A DNA stretch of 64,000 nt from an uncultured Candidatus Actinomarina sp. Its GTDB lineage: Bacteria; Actinomycetota; Acidimicrobiia; Actinomarinales; Actinomarinaceae. Made by a program: the position numbers and the translations under genes. This document shows positions 47,715 through 56,540 of this stretch, in pieces; within the stretch, counting starts at the first letter, position 1; every line of letters begins with the position of its first letter. The DNA lies in assembly GCA_902622665.1 (NCBI GenBank), contig CACNQV010000001.1:123719-187718 (forward strand), given 5' to 3'. The notes under the pieces were generated by a model, which was not told the DNA's origin, searched no databases, and was given only the letters and a program-made list of their open reading frames with translations.

Positions 47715-47867
47715 TTATTCCTCTTCAAGCGCTGATTTCCAATCAAAACTGTACGTATCAGGATTTTTCCTCTCATCATACTTGGTCCATATTTGAAATA
47801 CTAAAGCCCCTAATGTAAGTACAAAAACAATGATGACCATCCAGTCGCTTCCCTCATCGTAAAACAT
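47715..47867 (-). CDS. possible small membrane protein (~50 aa) downstream of the lipoprotein/ABC operon
   Basis: ATG 3 nt after the lipoprotein stop; encodes MFYDEGSDWMVIIVFVLTLGALVFQIW... with one TM helix. Not in the ORF track (<60 aa). Confidence 0.3.
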   Translation of the reverse strand: MFYDEGSDWMVIIVFVLTLGALVFQIWTKYDERKNPDTYSFDWKSALEEE

Positions 47868-47870
47868 CAA

Positions 47871-48503
47871 TTACTGGTCGTCTAAGTTTTCGAGAGGGTT
47901 TTCTGGTTGACAGATTTCAAATGCATCTTGTACTGCCTCTGAACTAAAGTCTATATCAACATCTCTAAATGCAAAAAAGCCAAACTCACCAGGTTTAGGG
48001 TCTGGAAAATCTATTCCTTGTTCTCGCATGCATTGAGAAAACTCTAGCGAGGCATCAACTAAAGCTGCTTCTACCTCTGGGTCTAAATCGAATTGTTCAG
48101 GTAGTGCATTTCTTAAAATATCTTCACAATTTTCAAAAGCAGTTTCAAATTCATCTTCATTTTCTATTTCTAAATTATCGAATTGAGGATTGCCATCGAT
48201 ATCAAATGTTGGATCGGGAAAATTGATTCCTTCCTCTCTCATGCACTGTGCAAAATTAAGCACGCCCTCTTCAAAAGTAACTTCTTCTTCTACGACCGTT
48301 GTAGCTGTGGTAGAGTCAATTGTTACAACACCTGGAGACTCTTCGCCGCCAATAGTGCATGCAGAAAAAATCATTATAAAAATAAGGATATTTACTTTCG
48401 TACTGCCTCCGCTGGTTGAATTTTTGAAGCCTTTATAGCCGGATAGACACCAGAAATAGCTCCAATTAATAGCGCTAAAAGCACCGCTCCAAATATTTGC
48501 CAT
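47871..48503 (-). CDS. lipoprotein with two C-x-RE-x-G...PDP repeats (paralog family member 1)
   Basis: Lipobox-like IFSAC; two ~70-aa repeats (FAQCMREEGINFPDP / FSQCMREQGIDFPDP). The track start at 48503 overlaps FtsX by 112 nt, so the true start is uncertain. Confidence 0.55.
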   Translation of the reverse strand: MANIWSGAFSAINWSYFWCLSGYKGFKNSTSGGSTKVNILIFIMIFSACTIGGEESPGVVTIDSTTATTVVEEEVTFEEGVLNFAQCMREEGINFPDPTFDIDGNPQFDNLEIENEDEFETAFENCEDILRNALPEQFDLDPEVEAALVDASLEFSQCMREQGIDFPDPKPGEFGFFAFRDVDIDFSSEAVQDAFEICQPENPLENLDDQ

Positions 48504-49576
48504 ACAGGTATTGAGAATACAATATTCGTGTAATTAGTATAACCAAGTGTTATTACTGTTCCTAAAAGAACCCCAACAAGGCCTCCTATTCCAGACAAAA
48601 CAATGCTCTCTAATAAAAACTGGTATCGTATCTCTCTCCTAGTTGCTCCAATTGACCTTCTAACTCCAATTTCCATTCTTCTCTCTAAAACTGACATGAC
48701 CATTACATTTGCAATAGCGACACCACCAACAAGAAGTGCAACTGACCCCAGTCCCAAAAGTAAGTTAGTAAATGCTTCTTCAGCTGCCTGTTGTGCTTCG
48801 AGTGCATCTGAAGGACGAGTAACCTCAACTTGATCTGGGTTTTCAGGATTCATAGAGGGCGCAAGAACTTCAACAACGTCCTCAATAAATGTTGGATTAG
48901 CTCTTAAATAAATAGTTGTTGGCTCTTCGTCAATATCAAAAAGTATCTTTGCTACCCCATATCCAATGAATACAGATCTATCTAGGTCTGGGTGAATTTT
49001 TAGCTCTTCCAATATTCCAACTACTCCAAACCATTCATTTTCTATCAGTATCTTTGTAGGTGTAGATAGATTATTAATTCCTAATCGCTGAGCAGTTACG
49101 CTGCCTAGAACTGTTACAGGAATATCAGAGAGCCCATCCTCAATAAATCTTCCATCGATTAGATTGCCTCCTATGACGTCTAGTAACTCGGCGCTTGTAA
49201 CAATTGTTGAAATACCTCCGCCTTCAAATTCTGAAATAAAATTGCTTCTTCTTACTAGAAGGTCTGTTTGGGTTGTTGAAGTTACTTCCTGTACAGGACC
49301 AATTCTCTCAACCATACCTAAAACTCCTTTTGGAAGTTCTTCCTGCGTTCCAAAAAAACCAGCTTGTGGTGATGCTTTTACTAAATTAGTACCAAGAGAC
49401 TCCAGAGTTGAAAGAAGATCTGCCCTTCCAGAAGCTGAAATTCCAGAAACTGCAACGATTGCTGCAATTCCGATACCTATACCAATTGATGTGAGTGTTG
49501 CCCTGCCTTTTCTTGATTTTACACCATATAAAGCTACAAAAAATAAATCTTTTATTTTGAGTCTGTTTTTTTTCAT
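48392..49576 (-). CDS. ABC transporter permease, FtsX/MacB family
   Basis: N-terminal TM, large periplasmic domain, three C-terminal TM helices, C-terminus ...IQPAEAVRK typical of FtsX-like permeases. Confidence 0.8.
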   Translation of the reverse strand: MKKNRLKIKDLFFVALYGVKSRKGRATLTSIGIGIGIAAIVAVSGISASGRADLLSTLESLGTNLVKASPQAGFFGTQEELPKGVLGMVERIGPVQEVTSTTQTDLLVRRSNFISEFEGGGISTIVTSAELLDVIGGNLIDGRFIEDGLSDIPVTVLGSVTAQRLGINNLSTPTKILIENEWFGVVGILEELKIHPDLDRSVFIGYGVAKILFDIDEEPTTIYLRANPTFIEDVVEVLAPSMNPENPDQVEVTRPSDALEAQQAAEEAFTNLLLGLGSVALLVGGVAIANVMVMSVLERRMEIGVRRSIGATRREIRYQFLLESIVLSGIGGLVGVLLGTVITLGYTNYTNIVFSIPVWQIFGAVLLALLIGAISGVYPAIKASKIQPAEAVRK

Positions 49577-50256
49577 TAACTTACTATTTTTCCATCAACT
49601 AGTTCGATGACTTTTTTAAACATACTTGCGTGCTCTTGGTTATGAGTAATCATTATTACTGTTTTACCTTGATTGTTTAAGTCTTTTAAAATATTGAGTA
49701 TGTTTACACCAGATTCTTTATCTAAATTTCCTGTTGGTTCATCTGCTAATACGAATGCTGGATCTTGCACAAGAGCACGAGCAATCGCAACTCTTTGTTG
49801 TTGACCACCTGACAATTCTTTAGGTAAGTGGGTCAACCTGTCCCCAAGGCCAACTTGTTCTAAAACTTCCTTAGCTTTTTCTAATCTATCTTTTCTTGAA
49901 ACGCCTTGGTACAAAAGGCCTTCAGCGACGTTTTCTTGAGCGGTTAATCCTGGAAGTAGAAAAAAACTTTGAAATATAAATCCAATCTTTTCACCTCTAA
50001 ACTTTGAAAGTTCATTGTCTGAGAGTTCCGAAACGTCTTTTCCTTCTATTTCAATAGAGCCGTCAGTTATGCTATCTAGTAATCCAATCATATTTAAAAA
50101 TGTAGATTTTCCACTACCTGATTGGCCAACTATTGAGACAAAATCTCCTTCTTTAATTTCAAGCGAGACACCATCTAGAGCTCTTACTTGTGGAGGACCT
50201 TCATATACTTTTGAAATATTATCTATAGAGATTACAGTTTTTGTACTGGTATTCAT
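49576..50256 (-). CDS. ABC transporter ATP-binding protein (MacB/LolD type)
   Basis: Walker A GQSGSGKST, signature LSGGQQQRVAIARAL, Walker B FVLADEPTGNLD. Confidence 0.85.
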   Translation of the reverse strand: MNTSTKTVISIDNISKVYEGPPQVRALDGVSLEIKEGDFVSIVGQSGSGKSTFLNMIGLLDSITDGSIEIEGKDVSELSDNELSKFRGEKIGFIFQSFFLLPGLTAQENVAEGLLYQGVSRKDRLEKAKEVLEQVGLGDRLTHLPKELSGGQQQRVAIARALVQDPAFVLADEPTGNLDKESGVNILNILKDLNNQGKTVIMITHNQEHASMFKKVIELVDGKIVS

Positions 50257-51977
50257 CTTGGTACGACTACTGTTTGACCCTCTGAGATATTTCCTTTTAC
50301 TTCGACGAAGCCATCCGTAAAGACTCCTATTTCAACCGCAACATAGCTAGTATCAACACCAGACTCTCCTTCAAAAGTTCCTCCATCAAGCTCTCCGTCA
50401 TAAATTTCTAAAGCATATCCGCCCTCTGCTAAAGCCAGTAAAGCATTTACAGGAACATACAATACATTTTCTGAGATCTCTGTAGTGACAAACACTTTTA
50501 CCGGGGCCTGATCATAAGCTTCAATCTCTTCTGGATTAAGTACTTCTAAGGTGACCTCTATAAATTCTCCTGCTTGAGTTTGTGTTACAACTTGGTCTAT
50601 AAAAGTAATGACCGTAGGGACTCTTTCATCTGTGGGAAGCTCTATCTCAACACTATCACCAAGAGATACTGTTTCTTGGTCAGTCGCATCAACTTGAAAA
50701 ACAACCTCTATTCCAATAGAGGAAATGTTATAAAGTGGTGAATTTAATGTAACTGCAGATCCCACATCGCTAATGTAAGAACCAACAATTATTGCTGTTT
50801 TTGATGCATAAGCATTTGTTGGGCTAAAAGTTTCAGATTGTGCGGAAAGTTTTAATTCATTAAGTTCTTCTTTTGCTTTTGCTAGTTCTGACTCTTGGTC
50901 AACTCCCTCGTTATAACTTTTTAATGCATCGTCATATGCTTTTTGAGCATTCTCTATCGCCAGTGCTTCCGTTGCATCTACTCCTTCGTTATAACTTTTT
51001 AATGCATCGTCATATGCTTTTTGAGCATTCTCTATTGCCAGTGCTTCCGTTGCATCTACAACAGAACCTTCTCCTTCTTCCATTTCTCTAATTCTTTTTT
51101 GTTCTTCAATTAAATCTTCATAGTCTTTAATTTCTTCGTCCCTTGTTTCTTGCGATTTAGCAATAGTTCTTGGGTTTGTAAGATCTTTTAAAAGAGAGAT
51201 TTGTTGATTGTAGTCTTCAATTAAATTAGTAGCTGCTTGCCATGCTGCATTTTCTTTGGTGGAATTTTCAATAGCATCATCTAATGTTTTCTTTTTGCTG
51301 TTTACTTCAGCTAAAGTTGTGACAGAGTCTTTTTGTAAATCTTCTAATATTTTCTTTTTGCTGTTTACTTCAGCTAAAGTTGTTCCTCCGTTCGATATTG
51401 TGTCTTCTATGTTTTCAACTTCAGTTTGTTTTAAATTTATAGCAACTTGCTCAGAAGGAGTAATTTCAGATTTTGTTTCAATCTTATAATCAATATAAAG
51501 CGAGTTAAGCATATTCGATGTAGTTTCATCAAAAGTTTCATCAGGCACAAAATCTTCAGCTGCGTAACCTAAAAATACAAGAGCTCTTTCGAGCTGAAAA
51601 ACATCTGGGCCTGGATCAGAATTGAGATCAAGAGTTCTGTAAAAGGGGGTCTTTCCCTCAACTAAAATTACAGGTTTATTGTCAACCGCAAAAAGTACTT
51701 CTCCAAAATTTATTATTGTTCCTTCTTTTGGAGCAAAAGTAACTACTCCAGATAAAGGTGAGTTAAGAACCCTGCTGTTCGTTTGTCTTAATGTGCCGTT
51801 ATATTCTTCTTTTTTTGCCAAATCACCTTTTTGTATTTCAGTAGTAGTTAATTCTAGAGTTTTACTACTTGAGGATGTTTCTGTATTTTGAGTTCCAAAA
51901 TAATAAGCACCGTAACCTAATGCCACCACAGCTATTAAAATGTATAAGTTTTTTAATTTAAATATATTTTTCATCAT
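50253..51977 (-). CDS. periplasmic adaptor / membrane-fusion protein (HlyD/MacA-like) with internal tandem repeats
   Basis: N-terminal TM anchor; long coiled-coil centre containing exact 26-aa (YDDALKSYNEGVDATEALAIENAQKA x2) and ~21-aa (TTLAEVNSKKK...) tandem repeats; C-terminal beta-rich domain; 4-nt overlap with the ATPase gene. Confidence 0.6.
   Translation of the reverse strand: MMKNIFKLKNLYILIAVVALGYGAYYFGTQNTETSSSSKTLELTTTEIQKGDLAKKEEYNGTLRQTNSRVLNSPLSGVVTFAPKEGTIINFGEVLFAVDNKPVILVEGKTPFYRTLDLNSDPGPDVFQLERALVFLGYAAEDFVPDETFDETTSNMLNSLYIDYKIETKSEITPSEQVAINLKQTEVENIEDTISNGGTTLAEVNSKKKILEDLQKDSVTTLAEVNSKKKTLDDAIENSTKENAAWQAATNLIEDYNQQISLLKDLTNPRTIAKSQETRDEEIKDYEDLIEEQKRIREMEEGEGSVVDATEALAIENAQKAYDDALKSYNEGVDATEALAIENAQKAYDDALKSYNEGVDQESELAKAKEELNELKLSAQSETFSPTNAYASKTAIIVGSYISDVGSAVTLNSPLYNISSIGIEVVFQVDATDQETVSLGDSVEIELPTDERVPTVITFIDQVVTQTQAGEFIEVTLEVLNPEEIEAYDQAPVKVFVTTEISENVLYVPVNALLALAEGGYALEIYDGELDGGTFEGESGVDTSYVAVEIGVFTDGFVEVKGNISEGQTVVVPR
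50904..51059. repeat. 78-bp near-perfect tandem direct repeat x2 inside the adaptor gene
   Basis: ctcc(c/t)tcgttataactttttaatgcatcgtcatatgctttttgagcattctctat(c/t)gccagtgcttccgttgcatcta appears twice back to back. Confidence 0.8.
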
Positions 51978-52040
51978 TGTTCCAATTAGATTAGTTTATT
52001 AAACCTGTATATTTTCTGTGAAATTATTTCACTTAGTTTT

Positions 52041-52640
52041 TTATGCACCCCACTCCTCATCTTTTAGCTCTTCTGGCAATTTATCTTCACATGATTGCCA
52101 TGTTTGGACCAATGGATCATCTTCTCTAAGCTCCCAGTCTTCATCAATATAAGCATCTAACCTGACTTCTCTGTTGAAATAGTCTGGATCTGGGACTTTT
52201 GGATATCCACTTTCTCTAAAACACTTCGCCATAAATAACGATCTATCAATTTCTTTTGATACTTGTGCCGGGTCTTCAAATTGGTTTTCATCCGCTAACC
52301 CCCATAAATTATATTTCAAAGCACATTCCTCGATTATGTCCCAGAGTTCCTCAGCCTCTTGTTCGGTTATTGTTTCAAAATATGATGCAATTGTGGTGTA
52401 AAGGTCTAAAAAATTTTTTGGTTCTTTAAATTTATAACCTGATTCATTAACACATTGAACAAGTACTAATGGAGCGTCTTCGTCAGAAATTTCTTCTTGT
52501 TGGTCTTTAAGCTGTACACCAGAAGCAATTGCCTCCTTACCTTTATCAGTGTCAGCAACTGAAACAACAGATTGTTCTTCTTGTTGGAAGAATGAACATG
52601 CTGTTAAAAAAATGAGTACTAATGAAGCTTTTTTATACAT
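52041..52640 (-). CDS. lipoprotein with two C-x-RE-x-G...PDP repeats (paralog 2)
   Basis: Internal start MYKKASLVLIFLTAC (lipobox LTAC) preferred over the track start; repeats VQCVNESGYKFKEP / AKCFRESGYPKVPDP. Confidence 0.55.
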   Translation of the reverse strand: MYKKASLVLIFLTACSFFQQEEQSVVSVADTDKGKEAIASGVQLKDQQEEISDEDAPLVLVQCVNESGYKFKEPKNFLDLYTTIASYFETITEQEAEELWDIIEECALKYNLWGLADENQFEDPAQVSKEIDRSLFMAKCFRESGYPKVPDPDYFNREVRLDAYIDEDWELREDDPLVQTWQSCEDKLPEELKDEEWGA

Positions 52641-52665
52641 AAAAAAATTATAAAGAAAACTGGAG

Positions 52666-53256
52666 TTATCCTCCACCTTGTTGTGGTGGTTCAATTCCAA
52701 GATCGTCAAAGCATTCTTCAGCAGATGCTCTAATTTGGTCTTCTAGATATTGTCCAGACTGAACGAGGCCAACAAGTATAGATCTAAGAGGTTTTTCAGT
52801 GTTTGGGTCTTCAACCTCTATTCCTTTTCGTCTCAAACATTGAGCAAATTCGAGTTCAGTGTCTAATGTATCTGCAACTTCTTCGGGATTTTCAAATTCT
52901 GCGGTGCTACCCAGGGGAATATTGTTTTCATCACCACATGTCTGTATTGTCTCAAAAAGTTCTTCTCTTCCTTTTTGATCAGCAGCTAAAAAAACTGGTC
53001 GAAGAACACTTTGTAAACTCTGATCATTTTTAGGATCAGTAATATCGTATCCATTTTCTCTTAAGCACTTAGCTAGTAAAAGTTGTGCATCTTCAACTGA
53101 AACGAGTTCTTCAGCAACTTTCTCTACGATCGTTGTAACTGTTGTATCACTTGATAAATCTTTTGTAGAAACAACTCCTTGCGAATCATCTGATGAAGAG
53201 CATGCAGAGATAAAAACAAATGTAAGTAATAAGAAGATTGTTAAATATTTTTTCAT
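52666..53256 (-). CDS. lipoprotein with two C-x-RE-x-G...DP repeats (paralog 3)
   Basis: Internal start MKKYLTIFLLLTFVFISAC (lipobox ISAC); repeats AKCLRENGYDITDP / AQCLRRKGIEVEDP. Confidence 0.55.
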   Translation of the reverse strand: MKKYLTIFLLLTFVFISACSSSDDSQGVVSTKDLSSDTTVTTIVEKVAEELVSVEDAQLLLAKCLRENGYDITDPKNDQSLQSVLRPVFLAADQKGREELFETIQTCGDENNIPLGSTAEFENPEEVADTLDTELEFAQCLRRKGIEVEDPNTEKPLRSILVGLVQSGQYLEDQIRASAEECFDDLGIEPPQQGGG

Positions 53257-53273
53257 AAGGCTTAATTTAATAC

Positions 53274-53765
53274 TTATTTTTGCCAACCACATTCTTGTAG
53301 CAACGGCATAATGTCATCTTTAGATTCCTTGAGCCCACTTAAATCAACCTTAGGTTCTTGTTGATTTGGATCAGGAACATTTAACCCTTTTTCTCTTAAG
53401 CATTTAGCCAATTCAAGATTTTCATCATATATTTTGGCAAGCTCTTCTGGATTCGAGGAAGATGAATCTGACCAGAGATTATATTTACTTATGCAGTAAT
53501 CAACATCTTCCCCCAACTTCAGCTCCTCATATTTGCTGTTGCTCAACTGACTAATTGTTGTTTTTAAATCTTGTATATCAAATGGAGTTGCTATGTTATA
53601 CCCCATTTCTTCATTTAAGCATTGGGTTAAAACAATTGGATAATCCTGTACTGCTATGACCGAAGTGGTGGTTGTTTCATTTGATAGAGAAGCTACTCCA
53701 TCATCACTAGAAGTAGAACATAAATTAAAGAGAAGAGTAATAATTATTAAATGTGTTTTTTTCAA
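53274..53765 (-). CDS. lipoprotein with two C-x-RE-x-G...PDP repeats (paralog 4)
   Basis: Signal peptide MKKTHLIIITLLFNLCS; repeats TQCLNEEMGYNIATP / AKCLREKGLNVPDP. Confidence 0.55.
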   Translation of the reverse strand: MKKTHLIIITLLFNLCSTSSDDGVASLSNETTTTSVIAVQDYPIVLTQCLNEEMGYNIATPFDIQDLKTTISQLSNSKYEELKLGEDVDYCISKYNLWSDSSSSNPEELAKIYDENLELAKCLREKGLNVPDPNQQEPKVDLSGLKESKDDIMPLLQECGWQK

Positions 53766-53767
53766 TT

Positions 53768-54871
53768 TTATTTATTTCTCAAACCAAATAATGGCCTTAA
53801 TGGCTTAATATTTTTTACTGCGTGATAAATCGTTAAAGATAGAAAGCAAATCAAGAACAGAACAATTGGAAATTTAATTATTGGATGAATATTTATACCA
53901 GCAAAAAAATACATTATTGCCATTTGTACGGGTAAGTGAACAATGTATACAGGATATACTGCTGTTTTATAATAGGTAAGTTGTGGTGAGTCTTTGTTTA
54001 AATAAACTGCAGCAAGGCCTAGTAATAAAAATATAAAATTAAAAGACTCGAAAGCTATAAGTCTATTATCCAGGGCATAATCATTTTGAAAATTATTCTC
54101 CCACCTGTATAGATAAGAGATAGTTCCAAAAACTAGATGAATACGCCAATTTCTCTTATTAGATTCCCAGAAAACATCACCCTGCGAAGTTAAAACAATA
54201 CCAATTAGGAACCATAGAAAACCGAGTAAAAGCCCATGCTCAGTATTTGCGTATCCATTATAAAAATCTCCATAGTAGGAATCTGGGTTAAATCTGAAAA
54301 GATTTAGAAGATAACCTTCAGCAATGATAGGTATTGAAAATATAAATATACCTCCAGGTTTTTGAAGTAAAAAAGAAACGATACCTTCTTTTTGCTTTTT
54401 ATTAGAAATATAATTTAAAACGGGAACTAACAGAATGCAGTAAATCAATATGTTTAAAAGAAACCATAAATGAACGCCATTAAATTCAAAAGCAGAAAAT
54501 ATTAACCATAGTGAGTCAGGCGACCATCCCTCATAATATGTAACAGCAATTATGAGAGAAGCTGTAGCAAAAGTAATTGTTCCAAACAGCCATGGGACTA
54601 CAAGAATCTTGACTCTTTCTTTAAGGATTTCTGGACGCGATCTTTTTTGAAACGATAACCTTAGGGCAATTCCAGCAATCAAAAAAACTAACGGTAATCT
54701 CCATGTATTAAGTAAGTTCAATAATGGCCATATTCCATCAGTAACTCTTTTATTTTGAACAAAGAGAATATAAGGAGAGAGTGATGTAAATGAAATTCCA
54801 AGGTGATAAAAAATAAGTAGAAACATTGCTATGGACCTCAAGGCGTCAATGTCATATCTTCTCTCATTCAT
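53768..54871 (-). CDS. acyltransferase family 3 (membrane O-acyltransferase, OpgC/OafA-like)
   Basis: N-terminal DIDALRSIAMFLLIFYHL (cf. LDGLRGIA..V..H of PF01757); ~10 TM helices. Confidence 0.65.
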   Translation of the reverse strand: MNERRYDIDALRSIAMFLLIFYHLGISFTSLSPYILFVQNKRVTDGIWPLLNLLNTWRLPLVFLIAGIALRLSFQKRSRPEILKERVKILVVPWLFGTITFATASLIIAVTYYEGWSPDSLWLIFSAFEFNGVHLWFLLNILIYCILLVPVLNYISNKKQKEGIVSFLLQKPGGIFIFSIPIIAEGYLLNLFRFNPDSYYGDFYNGYANTEHGLLLGFLWFLIGIVLTSQGDVFWESNKRNWRIHLVFGTISYLYRWENNFQNDYALDNRLIAFESFNFIFLLLGLAAVYLNKDSPQLTYYKTAVYPVYIVHLPVQMAIMYFFAGINIHPIIKFPIVLFLICFLSLTIYHAVKNIKPLRPLFGLRNK

Positions 54872-54899
54872 ATGAACAATATTAACGCCTTGGTTTCAA

Positions 54900-55334
54900 T
54901 TAATTAAACTGAAGTTTTTCTTTGAGGTCTTCAGTTATTGGTGTGGCTTTCATGGTTGTTTGGTCTGTGTAAACATGAACAGCCTCACAAGAACTTACTA
55001 ATTCCCCTGTTTCTTTCAAAAACATTCCCATAATCCAGGTCATGCTTGAGTTTCCTATTTCTTTCACTTTGACGCCGATTTCTATATCTTGATCAAAATA
55101 GAGAGGCTTGTTGTATTGAACTAATACTTGTACGGTATGAAAATCTTTTTTTGTTTCATGAATTTCTTTCAAGTAATCGTAATTTATATGCTTAAAATAG
55201 GCAGTAATTGCCTGGTCAAAAAATGCTACATGGTTAGCGTTGTGCATCACCCCTTGAGGATCGAGTTCATAATATCGAACAGTTGCTTCCCAAAAAGATT
55301 CAAATTCATCTCTGGATAAAGTTATTTTTGACAT
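54900..55334 (-). CDS. hotdog-fold acyl-CoA thioesterase (YbgC/4HBT-like)
   Basis: 144 aa; 4HBT-like pattern (VMHNANHVAFFDQA...); adjacent to the pfk gene. Confidence 0.5.
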   Translation of the reverse strand: MSKITLSRDEFESFWEATVRYYELDPQGVMHNANHVAFFDQAITAYFKHINYDYLKEIHETKKDFHTVQVLVQYNKPLYFDQDIEIGVKVKEIGNSSMTWIMGMFLKETGELVSSCEAVHVYTDQTTMKATPITEDLKEKLQFN

Positions 55335-56537
55335 CTAAACAAAAATTTGTGTTTTTGGTTCTATTCCTCCTGTAAGAGGCATTGCATATTCAAAAAATTC
55401 ATTTGTTACATATGGCTTACTTTCATCCAAAAATTCTTGTGGCATGTCTTTTGTGTACTTTGCAACCTTGCTTAAATCTACAACATCAACATCACAGCTA
55501 TATGTTTCTGATAGTTGTCTTTTAAGAATTACAGATCCACTTTGAATTTCCTTTGAAGCAACTACAGCGTGTTGTCCAACTCTCTCTGCTTCTTCAGCAT
55601 CTACCTCAGAGACGTCGGCAAGAAAAGACCTTTGCAAATACCCAAAAGTATCAGCTCTAACTCTTGCTCCGTCAATGTGTTCTGAAACAATATTTGTTAA
55701 TGTATCACCAAGTGCTCCTGAACCTGAAAGCTGTATGTTTCCGTGACTATCTTTTTTTCCAGCTAAGCCAGATCCTGTTTCGCTTGCGTATGTTTGCAAG
55801 AAGTATTCTCCTTCTTCGTTATGAATACCCTCAGAGACAGCAACTACACATCTTCCAAGTGAATCATAAACATCTTTGACTTCCTTTAAAAATTCATCAA
55901 TTTTAAAAACTTTTTCAGGCACATATACCAAATGTGGTCCGTCTTCTTCAGTAGATTTTCCTAAAGTACTTGCGGCAGTAAGCCATCCGGCATGTCTCCC
56001 CATTAAAACATTTATCTTGATACCTTTTAAGCTTCTATTGTCAGCATCATCACCTTGAAAGGCGTGAGCTACAAAACGAGCAGCCGAACCGTAACCTGGG
56101 CAGTGGTCTGTTTCAAGTAGGTCATTATCAATAGTTTTTGGTATATGAAATGCTTTCATGTCATATCCTGTAGATTTTGCTCCTTCAGAAACTAAGTTTG
56201 CTGTTTCAGCAGAATCATTGCCCCCTATGTAAAAGAAGTTTCTAATATTTTGTTTTTCAAATATTGATACAAGCTGTTCTATATCAGAGTCTGTAGGTTT
56301 TTTTCTCACAGAACCGAGGGCTGCAGCAGGGGTTTTACCAATTCCATAAAGCTGGGTTTCAGATAAATCTGATAAATCAACAAAATCTTCACTGAGCATG
56401 CCCGCTAATCCATGTCTTGCACCAAGAATTTCATCAAAATCTGATTTGGTAGCCTCTTGAATAAACCCAACTAGTGATTTATTTATAACAGCTGTTGGAC
56501 CGCCGGATTGTCCAATTACTGCTTTGCCTTGTGGCAT
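55335..56537 (-). CDS. pfkA: 6-phosphofructokinase (ATP- or PPi-dependent group)
   Basis: N-terminal IGQSGGPTAVINKS (PFK GGDGS/GGP loop); GGNDS-like FYIGGNDSAE; PKTIDNDL catalytic motif; 400 aa. Confidence 0.75.
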   Translation of the reverse strand: MPQGKAVIGQSGGPTAVINKSLVGFIQEATKSDFDEILGARHGLAGMLSEDFVDLSDLSETQLYGIGKTPAAALGSVRKKPTDSDIEQLVSIFEKQNIRNFFYIGGNDSAETANLVSEGAKSTGYDMKAFHIPKTIDNDLLETDHCPGYGSAARFVAHAFQGDDADNRSLKGIKINVLMGRHAGWLTAASTLGKSTEEDGPHLVYVPEKVFKIDEFLKEVKDVYDSLGRCVVAVSEGIHNEEGEYFLQTYASETGSGLAGKKDSHGNIQLSGSGALGDTLTNIVSEHIDGARVRADTFGYLQRSFLADVSEVDAEEAERVGQHAVVASKEIQSGSVILKRQLSETYSCDVDVVDLSKVAKYTKDMPQEFLDESKPYVTNEFFEYAMPLTGGIEPKTQIFV

Positions 56538-56540
56538 TTT

